A stretch of DNA of 63,991 nucleotides, counting the filler. It is 9 parts of 9 records of this genome, joined end to end, with 100 filler letters (N's around TTAATTAATTAA, not from the genome) between each part and the next. Parts side by side here need not be neighbours in the genome. Positions count along the whole stretch, not along the records: positions 8,547 to 13,981 come from SRR31156797_83516; positions 14,082 to 20,295 come from SRR31156797_83520; 7 more parts are not named here. One strand, given 5' to 3'. The notes under the pieces were generated by a model. It did no database searches, was not told the origin of the DNA, and saw nothing but the letters and a program-made list of their open reading frames with translations. Positions 8,901 through 18,445 of this stretch are shown piece by piece. The first letter of the stretch is position 1. Every line of letters starts with the position of its first letter. Position numbers and translations under genes: made by a program.

Positions 8901-9773
8901 GTGGATACGCTTCTCCAATCCGTCGTGACAGGCTTGCTGCTGGGCGGACTTTACGCACTGATCGGCGTCGGGATGTCGCTTATTTTCGGCATTATGAAAA
9001 TTACCAATATTGCGCACGGCGATCTGATGATACTATCAACCTTTTTTACAATGACGCTGGCAATGAAATTAACTGAAAGTATCATATTGGCACTTGTGCT
9101 TTCGATCGTGATCATGATCGTAATCGGCATACTGATCCAAAAGTTTCTGATTAATAAAGTCATTGACAAGGGCGCTGAGCCGGCGCTGCTTGTATGTTTC
9201 GGCCTTTCTATAATCATTCAAAACTCACTTTTGCTGGGTTATGGGCCCAACTCGCAATCCATTCCCACAACTCTGGTAAATACAAACATACTGCATACGG
9301 AGCATTTGGCCGTTTCGGGGCAATATGCGCTGAATTTCATTGTGGCGGCGGCCGTCATTATCACGCTGTCTCTGGTGATGAAAAAAACCACGCTTGGCCG
9401 GGCGATCCGTGCCACCTCCAGCGATATCGTCGCGGCTGAGGTTATGGGTGTTAATACGAAACGGATGTACATCTATGCCATGTGCCTCACGATGGCAGCC
9501 ACATGCGTTGCTGGTCTTCTGGTCGGCCAGACGTTTGTTTATTACCCCTCAAGCGGTACCCAATATCTCATAATCGCCTTTGGCGTTGTGGTTATCGGTG
9601 GAATGGGCAGCATATTCGGTACGCTGATTGGCGGCGTCATCCTGGGGCTTTCTCAGCTGCTGGGGGCAAATTTCTTCGGTACATCGTTTCAGACCGTTAC
9701 GGGATATATCGTGTTGCTTATTATTTTAGCGCTGCGGCCACAGGGGCTTTTATCCCAGAAAGTGCGTAAGTAG
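8901..9773 (+). CDS. livH: Branched-chain amino-acid-type ABC permease
   Basis: Motifs GLLLGGLYALIGVGMSLIFG..NIAHG, LGRAIRA, VVIGGMGS and RPQGL. Confidence 0.9.
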   Translation: MDTLLQSVVTGLLLGGLYALIGVGMSLIFGIMKITNIAHGDLMILSTFFTMTLAMKLTESIILALVLSIVIMIVIGILIQKFLINKVIDKGAEPALLVCFGLSIIIQNSLLLGYGPNSQSIPTTLVNTNILHTEHLAVSGQYALNFIVAAAVIITLSLVMKKTTLGRAIRATSSDIVAAEVMGVNTKRMYIYAMCLTMAATCVAGLLVGQTFVYYPSSGTQYLIIAFGVVVIGGMGSIFGTLIGGVILGLSQLLGANFFGTSFQTVTGYIVLLIILALRPQGLLSQKVRK

Positions 9774-9785
9774 CTCACGCGAAAA

Positions 9786-10811
9786 ATGGAGGATAACTTA
9801 ATAATGGGTGAAAATATACATAGCGAAAGGCTGGATCGAAAAAAACCGGTCAAACCTGTTGCTCTGGGGGGCATACTTGCGCTTTTTATCTCTTTGCCCT
9901 ATTGGGGCGGAGATTATGTGACGAGCGTGACGATCCTGGTGATGCTCTATATGGCAATGGGGCAAATGTGGAATCTGCTTGGCGGATACTCCGGCCTTGT
10001 ATCGCTCGGTCAGCAAAGCTTTATTGGCATTGGTGGGTATTCTCTTGCTATAATATCCCAGGTTTACAAGCTTCCCATCGTTTTGGGATTTGCTGTGGCA
10101 GGCATTCTATCCGTATTGTTTGCGCTTGTATCATCAGTGCCGATCTTTAAGATGAAAAATGTCTATTTTACGATTGGGACGTGGATTGTTTCGGAGTGCC
10201 TGCGGCTTCTTTTCCTGATTTGGGCCTTTGTAAATTACGGAACGGGCTACAGCATTTCGGCGACCTATACGATGTCGCCCAAAATCATTTATTTCATCGC
10301 GCTGGCTGTTGGCCTTTCTTCCGTGGCGATGGTTACTTTTTTGCTGAGGTCCAAATTCGGCCTGGCTCTTATGGCGATGCGTGATAATGAGGCCGCTGCC
10401 GAGGTCCGCGGCGTTGAGCTTTATAAAACAAAGCTGAAGTGTTATCTGATTTCCGCATTTTTTACAGGTATCGCCGGCGCGGCCATGTATCTGAATATTG
10501 CGTTCATCCAGCCCAATGCCGCGTTTGGCATTGATTGGACGGTATCCATGGTGTTTATCGTCATTATCGGCGGTATCGGAACAATAGAGGGTCCGATCAT
10601 CGGCGCGGTCGTTTTTGTGCTGCTGCGTCAATTTTTGTTTTCCTTCCCGGGCTTCAGCATGCTTATTTTGGGTATTATCGCCATTATTCTCATGCTCGCG
10701 GCCCCTAAAGGCATAATGGGATACTTAAATAAACGCTTCGGCTGGGATATCTTCTCAATCCGGCGCCGGCTGAAAACGCCGGTACTTTCAACCAAAGCCG
10801 ATAACAATTAG
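9786..10811 (+). CDS. livM: Branched-chain amino-acid-type ABC permease
   Basis: Motifs WNLLGGYSGLVSLGQ, RDNEAAA and IIGGIGTIEGPIIGA. Confidence 0.9.
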   Translation: MEDNLIMGENIHSERLDRKKPVKPVALGGILALFISLPYWGGDYVTSVTILVMLYMAMGQMWNLLGGYSGLVSLGQQSFIGIGGYSLAIISQVYKLPIVLGFAVAGILSVLFALVSSVPIFKMKNVYFTIGTWIVSECLRLLFLIWAFVNYGTGYSISATYTMSPKIIYFIALAVGLSSVAMVTFLLRSKFGLALMAMRDNEAAAEVRGVELYKTKLKCYLISAFFTGIAGAAMYLNIAFIQPNAAFGIDWTVSMVFIVIIGGIGTIEGPIIGAVVFVLLRQFLFSFPGFSMLILGIIAIILMLAAPKGIMGYLNKRFGWDIFSIRRRLKTPVLSTKADNN

Positions 10812-10864
10812 CTCTGATATAAGCGCTTCCGGAATCCAACTATCTTATTAACAAAGGAGATATT

Positions 10865-12106
10865 ATGAAAAACGACATCACATTTGCCGACCGTGTGAAG
10901 ATCATTGATGACGCTGTTGAGCTGAAACAGACGGATCGCATTCCCTGCGTACCCTTTATCGAAAGCATACCGTATTTCTTCAGCAGCGACGGGACGACCT
11001 ATAAGGATGGCATGTATAATTATGCCAAAGCAGCGGCGGCAACCGTCAGCTTTTATAAAGAAGTCATGCCGGACGCTTATACCGGCACCGGCTTCACCAG
11101 CGGCAAATCCAACGAGCTTGCCGGTTCGCGGATGATAGACTGGCCCGGCCGGCCCGGCACAAAGGTCCCCGATTATACGACGTATCAGGTTCTGGAAAAC
11201 GAATACATGACGCCGGAGGAATATCCTGAGCTGCTCAGCGACTTCACCGGCTTTATGCTCCGAAAATACATACCCCGCGCCTTCCCGAACCTTGAAGGTC
11301 TCGCCTCGGTCAGCTTTGTCCCACAAATCGTTCTCGGTACCTCCATCCTGGCAAGCCTTTATAATCCGTCTGTTCTGTCGGCCTTTGACATTCTGAAAGA
11401 AATCGGAAAAAATGACGCCGAGGCGGCCGCGTTCAGTAATCAGGTGATAGCGGAACTGGCCGAAATCGGTATTCCGCCGCTTATGACGGGCATCGGCGAG
11501 GCCCCGTTCGATATCATCAGCGACTATTTCCGCACCACCACAGGCACCATGGAGGATATTCTGGATTGCCCCGATTTGGTTGAAAAGGTTTGTTATATGT
11601 TTGCCGATTTGCAGATCGCAAGCTGGTCTTATTTCAAATTTGCGCCGCTGCCGGTCAAGAGAGTTTTCTTCCCGCTGCATAAGGGAATGGACGGGTTTAT
11701 GAGCCCGAAGCATTTTGAAACACTCTATTGGAAGCCCCTGTTGAAATGCGTCAACGCGCTCGTTGATATGGGCGTCACGCCGATTTTGTATACAGAAGGC
11801 AAATACTTCAGCCGTATTGACGCAATGACCGGCCTACCGAAAGGGAAGGTTCTCCTTCATTTTGAGTCCGCCGACCCCGCAGCGTGCAAAAAAACATTCA
11901 GCGGTACAGCCTGCCTGAGCGGATTTATGCCCACATACCATCTGGAATGGAGCTCAAAACAGACTGTTATAGACGAAACAAAACGCCATCTGGATATTCT
12001 CGCCGACGGCGGCGATTATATCTTTGATACCAGCGCAGCCATTGAAAATGCCAAGCGGGAAAACTGGGAAGCAATGATGGACACAGTCAGAAACTATAAG
12101 CTGTAA
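10865..12106 (+). CDS. Uroporphyrinogen decarboxylase / cobalamin-dependent methyltransferase (URO-D-like) family protein
   Basis: Motifs DRIP, EYM..EEY, APFD..SDYFR, PLHKG.DGFMS and GGDYIF; RBS AAGGAG. Confidence 0.8.
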   Translation: MKNDITFADRVKIIDDAVELKQTDRIPCVPFIESIPYFFSSDGTTYKDGMYNYAKAAAATVSFYKEVMPDAYTGTGFTSGKSNELAGSRMIDWPGRPGTKVPDYTTYQVLENEYMTPEEYPELLSDFTGFMLRKYIPRAFPNLEGLASVSFVPQIVLGTSILASLYNPSVLSAFDILKEIGKNDAEAAAFSNQVIAELAEIGIPPLMTGIGEAPFDIISDYFRTTTGTMEDILDCPDLVEKVCYMFADLQIASWSYFKFAPLPVKRVFFPLHKGMDGFMSPKHFETLYWKPLLKCVNALVDMGVTPILYTEGKYFSRIDAMTGLPKGKVLLHFESADPAACKKTFSGTACLSGFMPTYHLEWSSKQTVIDETKRHLDILADGGDYIFDTSAAIENAKRENWEAMMDTVRNYKL

Positions 12107-12145
12107 CAAGTTTCTGCTGATTGTCTGCGGCCTCTTCGACAGTCT

Positions 12146-12179
12146 AAAGCCCCGGTTCCTGAGAATCGGGGCTTTTCTT
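12146..12179. terminator. Intrinsic terminator (likely bidirectional)
   Basis: AAAGCCCCGGTTC/GAATCGGGGCTTT stem followed by T residues, between convergent genes. Confidence 0.75.
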
Positions 12180-12255
12180 GTTGCAGGGGTGGATAACTGC
12201 AACCTCCGGTTGTGAGTATGGAAGGTTGTAATAATTAGTTTTATAGCGGCGGCGT

Positions 12256-12726
12256 TTATTTCAGTTCGGACAGCCAATTTTCAATTACAGACGGAGCCGG
12301 TACGCTGCCGCTGTGCTGGATCGTGCCGTCAATGAGCAGGACCGGCGTCATCAGGATGCCGGCATCCCGGGCCGCATTTTCATACGATTTGAGCCAGTTG
12401 TCCAGAATATTCACCTCGCGGAACAGGCTCGCCAGCGGCTTCAAATCTGCGTCGAGTCCGTCCGTGAAGGCCATTTCATCCTCGTTGGGTGCTTTGGGCA
12501 TAGTTTCCGGGTTAAGTGCTTGTCCCAGCGCCTGCGCGACCTCATGAGCCGTGCCCGGCGTCAACCCGAATGGCTGTGCGATCTTGGCCGTCTCGCCGCT
12601 CTTAAAGGATATATGGCGGACCTCAGCGTCTAAGTCCAGCTTTTTTACGATGGACGTTACGATCGCCGTCATGAGCCGGCATCTGGGGCAGGGCGGCACT
12701 GTGCCGATAACAATGATCTGATGCAT
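12256..12726 (-). CDS. Thioredoxin-fold protein (MTH895-like) with internal insertion
   Basis: N-terminal PPCPRC and C-terminal GILMTPVLLIDG..HSGSVP; RBS GAGGT. Confidence 0.8.
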   Translation of the reverse strand: MHQIIVIGTVPPCPRCRLMTAIVTSIVKKLDLDAEVRHISFKSGETAKIAQPFGLTPGTAHEVAQALGQALNPETMPKAPNEDEMAFTDGLDADLKPLASLFREVNILDNWLKSYENAARDAGILMTPVLLIDGTIQHSGSVPAPSVIENWLSELK

Positions 12727-12774
12727 TTTTTACCTCGCTTACAGGGTGAACAGCGGTTTCGGCCGCTCGCTTGA

Positions 12775-13692
12775 TTACAATTTAATGGAGCCTGAAGCGT
12801 GGAGCCTTATCCCATCGGCAATCGCTCCGGTGAGACCGATGCCCACGGCGGATATGAGCACGATTTCAGAAGCTGCAATCGCACTATTCCACGGCAGGAG
12901 CATGACATGAGACCGCACGCAGCTGACACTGTAGCCCGCTTCGCCGATTTTGGCAAAGCCCTTGATACGATACGTAAAGGGCGCGATGAAGTTAAGAAAA
13001 CCTTCCAGCGCTTCAAGTGTTAGGGAAGGCAGCAGCTTTAAAACATACGTCTGCGGCCTGTTTTCCGGTGAGTTTGTTGTGTCCTTGCCGGGCGCTTCGG
13101 CCGGCCTTAAATGCGCTGTCAAAAGGCCAATATCGACATCGCAGTAGCTCGTGAAATAAACCGGCGCGGCGGGGTTGACCTTTTTAATAGCCGCTTTAAC
13201 GTGGCTTTTAGCAGCGGTATCCATCAGGTCTTCCTTGTTGACGATGACAGCGCCGGCATAGACAAGCTGATTTTGGACAGCGGGGAGCAGCTCGTTTAGC
13301 TCCGGGAAAGCATCCCCGTCCAGCACGCAGACGGAACCGGCGTAGCAGCAGGAGTTTACGGTTTCGCTTTGGATGGCCTGAAGAATCTGGTCCATATTGC
13401 TCGGGTCGGCAAGGCCCGAGGCCTCAATAAACAGATATGTAATATCTTTTTTGGACATTTCAATGAGCGCCTTGATAAAATTGTCTTTAATACAGGCGCA
13501 GAAAATGGAGCCGTTTGAGAGCTCGGCGGTGGCGATCCCGTCCTTTTCCAGAAGGCGGGCGTCCACGTTGATTTCACCGAATTCGTTGACGATAAGTCCG
13601 GACGGCGTGTCCTCAAAATACCGGAGCAGACGCTCTAAAAGCGTTGTTTTTCCGGAGCCAAGAAAGCCCGTCAGTAAAATAATGCTTATCAT
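12775..13692 (-). CDS. CobW/COG0523 G3E metallochaperone GTPase
   Basis: Motifs TGFLGSGKTT, IVNEFGE..VD, ELSNGSIFCAC, IEASGLADP, NKED and RIKGF. Confidence 0.9.
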   Translation of the reverse strand: MISIILLTGFLGSGKTTLLERLLRYFEDTPSGLIVNEFGEINVDARLLEKDGIATAELSNGSIFCACIKDNFIKALIEMSKKDITYLFIEASGLADPSNMDQILQAIQSETVNSCCYAGSVCVLDGDAFPELNELLPAVQNQLVYAGAVIVNKEDLMDTAAKSHVKAAIKKVNPAAPVYFTSYCDVDIGLLTAHLRPAEAPGKDTTNSPENRPQTYVLKLLPSLTLEALEGFLNFIAPFTYRIKGFAKIGEAGYSVSCVRSHVMLLPWNSAIAASEIVLISAVGIGLTGAIADGIRLHASGSIKL

Positions 13693-13731
13693 CGTCCGGC
13701 CGCCTTTCTTTATAGTCAGATCATAAACAGC

Positions 13732-13981
13732 TTACTTTTGATGCTTCTCGTTGTAGCGCTTGGTGACCTCGGCAATCAGCTCGTCCCGGTCGGGGATGAT
13801 GGAGATATAGACGCTTTCGCCGTCAATGCACATGGTGGGAAGGTTTTTGAGGCCCATTTTAGCTGTACGGGCAATGTCCTCTTTAATGAAATACTTATAG
13901 ACAACGTATTCGGCCATGTCCTTGATCTCATCGAAAATATCTGTCACGCTCTTGACCATATAGGTACACGCGGCGCACTGC
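13732..13981 (-). CDS. Thioredoxin-fold domain with CAAC, 5'-truncated
   Basis: Frame open to the contig edge (QCAACTYMVKSV...) with LPTMCIDGE...SIIP; may be the C-terminal domain of a larger protein. Confidence 0.7.
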
Positions 13982-14081
13982 NNNNNNNNNNNNNNNNNNN
14001 NNNNNNNNNNNNNNNNNNNNNNNNNTTAATTAATTAANNNNNNNNNNNNNNNNNNNNNNNNNNNNNNNNNNNNNNNNNNNN
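13982..14081. other. Artificial contig linker
   Basis: N44-TTAATTAATTAA-N44. Confidence 0.98.
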
Positions 14082-14214
14082 GCGCCCAGGCACAGGCTTC
14101 GCCGAGGCCGCCGTAGCCGCCCGGCAGATAGGCCACCTTGCCGTTCAAATCGAACATGCCGGAAAGGGCCTCCTTGAAATCGACGACGGGTGTGATGCGG
14201 TCCTGCTCGGCCAT
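14082..14214 (-). CDS. SDR oxidoreductase, N-terminal fragment (3'-truncated)
   Basis: MFDLNGKVAYLPGGYGGLG Rossmann start; ATG at 14214 after AGGGGG. Confidence 0.75.
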
Positions 14215-14288
14215 CGAAGTCCCCCTTTTTTTCCTTGGTTGGCGGCGGTTTCGGTTTCGCCAACCCAATTACCGCTATGTCCGCCGCG

Positions 14289-14345
14289 TTGACAGGCAGT
14301 AAAGAATTTTCTAGTTTTATGGTCAATTGAAAAAATCGTTTTAAT
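14289..14345 (+). promoter_or_regulatory. Sigma70 promoter for iolB with a downstream imperfect palindrome (possible operator)
   Basis: TTGACA (14289-14294), 17 bp, TAGTTT (14312-14317); TTGAAAAAATCGTTTTAA at 14327-14344. Confidence 0.55.
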
Positions 14346-14401
14346 CGGGCGATCCGGCGGATCCGCCGCCCCTTCGCAACGAGCCTTCGGGAGACATCGA
14401 A

Positions 14402-15208
14402 ATGGCGCTGCATCTGACAGGAAACCGCGACGGCTTCGGCCCCGGCCTGACCGAAATCACCCGCATCGGCGAAGCCGAGGACGACACCGGCATCAGCCTG
14501 TCGGTCCTGAAACTGGCCGCCGGGGAAACCCATGCGGTAACGGCGGAAACCGAAACCGCCTGGCTTCTGATGAAAGGCGAAGTCAGCGCCGGAGCCGGCG
14601 GCCAATCGGCGGAACTGGCGCGTACATCCCTATTCGATGAAAGCTCAACCTGCGTGCACGTGGCCAAGGGCGAAGCGGTATCGTTTGCCTGCAAGACCGA
14701 CGTCGAATTCACCGTCTACAAGGTCGACAACGACAAACCCTTCGCGGCCCGCATCTTCACGCCCGCCGACGTTCCCAACGAACACCGCGGCGCCGGCCAG
14801 GTCGGCGGTACCTGTCTGCGTTTCGTGCGAACCATCTTCGACAATACCAACAGCGATCCCAATGCCGAGCTGGTCCTGGGCGAGGTCATCACCATGCCGG
14901 GCAAATGGTCGAGCTATCCGCCGCACCACCACCCGCAGCCCGAGATCTATCACTACCGCTTCACCGATCCGCGCGGCTTCGGCCATGCCGAATTGGGCGA
15001 GGACGTACTTCGGTTGCGGCAATACGACACGGTCAAGATCTTCGGCCCGAACGATCATCCGCAATGCGCCGCGCCGGGATACGGCATGTACTATTCCTGG
15101 GTCATTCGGCACTTGCCCGGCAACCGCTACACCGTGCCCGAGTTCACCGACGAACACACCTGGACCATGGCCGACGACGCCAAGTTCTGGGAACCGAAGA
15201 CGGGCTGA
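14402..15208 (+). CDS. iolB: 5-deoxy-glucuronate isomerase (IolB/KduI family)
   Basis: Motifs RGAG..R.VR.I, LVLGEVIT.PGKWSSYPPHHH..PEIYHY, HP...PGY.MYY.W. Confidence 0.85.
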   Translation: MALHLTGNRDGFGPGLTEITRIGEAEDDTGISLSVLKLAAGETHAVTAETETAWLLMKGEVSAGAGGQSAELARTSLFDESSTCVHVAKGEAVSFACKTDVEFTVYKVDNDKPFAARIFTPADVPNEHRGAGQVGGTCLRFVRTIFDNTNSDPNAELVLGEVITMPGKWSSYPPHHHPQPEIYHYRFTDPRGFGHAELGEDVLRLRQYDTVKIFGPNDHPQCAAPGYGMYYSWVIRHLPGNRYTVPEFTDEHTWTMADDAKFWEPKTG

Positions 15209-15320
15209 ACTCATTCCCGGTTCAAGAACCGTTTAACCCCGGCGGCGTGTCCGCCGTTGCGGTTAAGCGCGGCCTCTGGCATCTTGGCCGCCCCCAAAGC
15301 CGCAACCGGGAAGGACCGAT

Positions 15321-15815
15321 ATGCAGCCGCCGAAAATCGTCGAAAAACCGGCCTTCCGCCTAATCGGAATCGAAGCCAGAACGTCGAACGCCGCCGAGAT
15401 GAACCCGGCGACGGCCCGCATTCCCGGCCTGTGGGAGAAATTCGGCGCCGAAAGCCTGCCCGGCCATATCCCGCACCAAACCGAGCCCGGCGTCGTTTAC
15501 GGCGTCTATTCCGACTTCGAAGACGGTGCCGACGGCCAATATACCCTGATGGCCGGTTGCGCCGTGACCGCCAGCGCCGAACCGCCGGGAACCCTGGTGG
15601 CCCGCGACCTGCCGGCCGCCACCTATGCCGTCTTTACAAGCGCGCGCGGCCCGATGCCGGATATCGTGATCGACGCCTGGGCCGAAATCTGGGCGATGAG
15701 TGCGGACACGATGGGCGGCGTACGGGCGTTTTCCGGCGATTTCGAAGTCTATGACGAACGCGCCGTTTCCCGAAAAAACGCCGAGATCGAGATCTGGATT
15801 TCGATTCTGCGCTGA
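15321..15815 (+). CDS. GyrI-like / AraC effector-binding domain protein
   Basis: Motifs IGIEARTSN, IPGLW.KF, YGVYSDFE, YAVF, AW..IW and DFEVYD. Confidence 0.88.
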   Translation: MQPPKIVEKPAFRLIGIEARTSNAAEMNPATARIPGLWEKFGAESLPGHIPHQTEPGVVYGVYSDFEDGADGQYTLMAGCAVTASAEPPGTLVARDLPAATYAVFTSARGPMPDIVIDAWAEIWAMSADTMGGVRAFSGDFEVYDERAVSRKNAEIEIWISILR

Positions 15816-16029
15816 ACCGCGGGATATTTCGGATTTCCCCATCCCGTTTCCCGGCGCCGGCACTTCAGCACCCGCTAATACACGTTGACCTTGAATCGAT
15901 CCAACCTACGTCATTGATACTTGAGGGGTTTTGTCGGTATCATGTCTTGCGCTGAGGGGTGCCACTATCGATACGCGGCAAAAACCAAACAAGCCGCGAC
16001 GATAAAAAACGGTGGGGACCGGTTCTGTC

Positions 16030-17229
16030 ATGTCGGGAGACAGGCGCCTAGAGGCGATCATCAAAACGATCGAACTGCACGGTCAGTGGATCAGTGACAG
16101 CAATACCGGCAGACAGGCCGATTTTTTTCAGGCCGATCTGAACGGTCACAATTTCGCGGGCATCGATCTCAGGCGTGGCAAGTTCGTCGGCGCCTCGTGC
16201 ATGCGCACGGATTTCAGCGCGGCCACGCTGGTCGACGCCGATTTTCTCGGGGCCGATCTTCGCAACGCCAATTTCGAGGGCGCGCGACTGAAAGGCGCCA
16301 ATTTCCGCGGCGTCCTGTTGGCCGGCGCCAACCTGAACAATGCCGATCTCGACAATGTCGATTTCCGGGGCGGCACCATCCTGGGTGCCGGCGGCGAACC
16401 GATCGGCCGCGAGGTTTCCGACCTCAGTTCTTGCGTCCTCGACATGGCGAAGATGGTGCGCTCGCAGCTTTCCGGAGCCAATTTGAAGGGCACCAGCCTG
16501 ATCGGCGCCAACCTGTCCGGCGCCATGCTGGTCGGGGCCAATCTGGAAAACACCAATTTTTCGAGCGCCAACCTGTCGTCGGCCAATCTTTCCGGTGCCA
16601 GGTTGAGCAACGCCAACCTGTCGCAGGTCAATCTCGGCAAGGCGAACCTGCGCGGCGCCAAGATGGAGAACACCAACCTGAAGGATGCAGTCCTGCTGGG
16701 CGCCGATCTGGTCGGCGTCGACATGAGCACCGCAATCGTCAACGAAGGCGGCATCCTGATCGGCATGTCCAACCTGCCGCAGCATCTGCAGCGGGCCTTC
16801 GCCGATCACGAAACATGGCTGAAAACGGGCGGCAAGGAAGGCGAGCGCTGCGTGCTGACCGGCGAGGACCTGTCGTCCGTCGACCTGTCGGGACGCAACC
16901 TGAGCGGCATGGTCCTGGACGGATCGAAGTTCGCCAGGGGCAACCTTGCCAACTGCGTCTTCGCCATGACCGAAATGCGCCGGGTCGACCTCAGCGGCGC
17001 CAACCTGGAACGGGCCGTCTTCCTCGGCACCAATTTGAGCAGCGCCAACATGGCCAATGCGCGGCTGGACGGCGCAACGCTGAAATCCATCGAGATCTAC
17101 GACAAGGACGGCCGGCGGACCCAGCAATTCCAGAAAACGAAGCTCGACAACGCCAACCTGGAGGGCGTAACGATCTCGCGGGAAGCGCTGGCGGAATGCA
17201 GTTGCGTGAACACCAGGTTCTCGAGCTAG
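16030..17229 (+). CDS. Pentapeptide repeat protein
   Basis: Extensive A(N/D)LxG repeats in two blocks, each preceded by an H-x2-W...G cap. Alternative start at 16012. Confidence 0.9.
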   Translation: MSGDRRLEAIIKTIELHGQWISDSNTGRQADFFQADLNGHNFAGIDLRRGKFVGASCMRTDFSAATLVDADFLGADLRNANFEGARLKGANFRGVLLAGANLNNADLDNVDFRGGTILGAGGEPIGREVSDLSSCVLDMAKMVRSQLSGANLKGTSLIGANLSGAMLVGANLENTNFSSANLSSANLSGARLSNANLSQVNLGKANLRGAKMENTNLKDAVLLGADLVGVDMSTAIVNEGGILIGMSNLPQHLQRAFADHETWLKTGGKEGERCVLTGEDLSSVDLSGRNLSGMVLDGSKFARGNLANCVFAMTEMRRVDLSGANLERAVFLGTNLSSANMANARLDGATLKSIEIYDKDGRRTQQFQKTKLDNANLEGVTISREALAECSCVNTRFSS

Positions 17230-17236
17230 CAGGCTG

Positions 17237-18445
17237 CTAACCGATCTTGATCAGGATATCCTCGTCGGCGTTGGTGTTGGCGTCGAACTTGCCGAGGTCG
17301 CTGTCGACGAGTCCGAACGTAATCATCTCCCCCCTCGCCGATTTGATATCGAGCTTGGCATTGTAACAGCCATGATCGAGGCCGTGCTTGTCGGTCACGT
17401 AATATTTGCGGATGCTGAAACTGTCATCGGAAATCCGCGGTCCGGTGAAATTGACCTTGGCCTCGGCGATGCGCCCGCTCGGAATCGGCACGCCGGCGAA
17501 CTTCGCCAGGGTGTTCTGCGCGATGACCAGGAAGGTCAGGCTGTCGATCTCGTCGCCGTCGACCATCCGTTTCCATTTTTCGTCGGCATCCCCCAGCTTG
17601 ATGTAGGATTCGCCGACCAGCAACTGGCCGCTGAGCGCTTTCGACACCAGGCGGGCCAGGCTGATGGTGACGTCGCCGACGATATAGCCGCCGGCTTCGG
17701 CGCCGGCCGTGCCGGCCTGGTAGTATTCGTAGTGGCTGCCGATATCGACGGCGCACCGCAGCCGTGGAATGCTGGCGACACTGGTGTCGGTCAGTTGCCG
17801 GGCCGCATACATGTAACCGAGCGCCAGCACCACCGAGCAGAACAGCGCGATGTCGGCATCCACCCCGCGGTGCCGGTTCCACACGTAAAAGCCATCGCCG
17901 GTCGTCGACAGGCAGATATCGATCGGCAGGTCCAGCGACTTGCAGCGCGCCGCCGCCAGCTTGATGTAGTAGGAAAGGACGCTGACATGGGTGATCTGCT
18001 CGTGCGGGCTGTGGACCGAGAAGCTGACCATGTCGAACAGTGCCACGGCGCGGGACTCGATCTCGGTGACCGAGAAGTAGTGGAGGATGTCGTTGACCTC
18101 TTTGATATGGGACGGATTTTTGCTGATGGCGAACTTCAGGTCGACAGTCGTTTCCGAACAGCCCGAGGCGACCATGGCGTCGCTTTTTTCCTGTGAATCG
18201 ACATAGCGGTCCAATTGCAGAAGATCGCGGCGCGACTTGGCAATCAGCGGCAGGCTGAGGCTGGGAACGTGAAAAATCTGGATCTTCCGCGGAAGGCTTC
18301 GCCAACCGACGATGACGTTGGCTCCCAGGTGGCAGACCCGCCTGAAATGCGATTCCAGTTCCCGCCGGTTTTCAAAACTCAGATGTTCGCCGAAGCTTGT
18401 CTCTTCGAGCACGATCTTCCCCCCTGGATATTCCGACAGCGCCAT
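17237..18445 (-). CDS. Atypical class III nucleotidyl cyclase-like protein
   Basis: Motifs AVALFDMVSFS, TTGDGF, LRCAVDIG, YIVGDVTISLARL and GQLLV. Start uncertain (18445 ATG or 18412 GTG). Confidence 0.7.
   Translation of the reverse strand: MALSEYPGGKIVLEETSFGEHLSFENRRELESHFRRVCHLGANVIVGWRSLPRKIQIFHVPSLSLPLIAKSRRDLLQLDRYVDSQEKSDAMVASGCSETTVDLKFAISKNPSHIKEVNDILHYFSVTEIESRAVALFDMVSFSVHSPHEQITHVSVLSYYIKLAAARCKSLDLPIDICLSTTGDGFYVWNRHRGVDADIALFCSVVLALGYMYAARQLTDTSVASIPRLRCAVDIGSHYEYYQAGTAGAEAGGYIVGDVTISLARLVSKALSGQLLVGESYIKLGDADEKWKRMVDGDEIDSLTFLVIAQNTLAKFAGVPIPSGRIAEAKVNFTGPRISDDSFSIRKYYVTDKHGLDHGCYNAKLDIKSARGEMITFGLVDSDLGKFDANTNADEDILIKIG

Noticed and set aside
12256..13981. Selenocysteine recoding in the thioredoxin-like genes
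   Set aside because: Both redox motifs use ordinary Cys codons (CPRC, CAAC) with no in-frame TGA.
17237..18445. Pycsar/CBASS defence operon
   Set aside because: No co-oriented effector; neighbours are a divergent SulP and a convergent pentapeptide gene.
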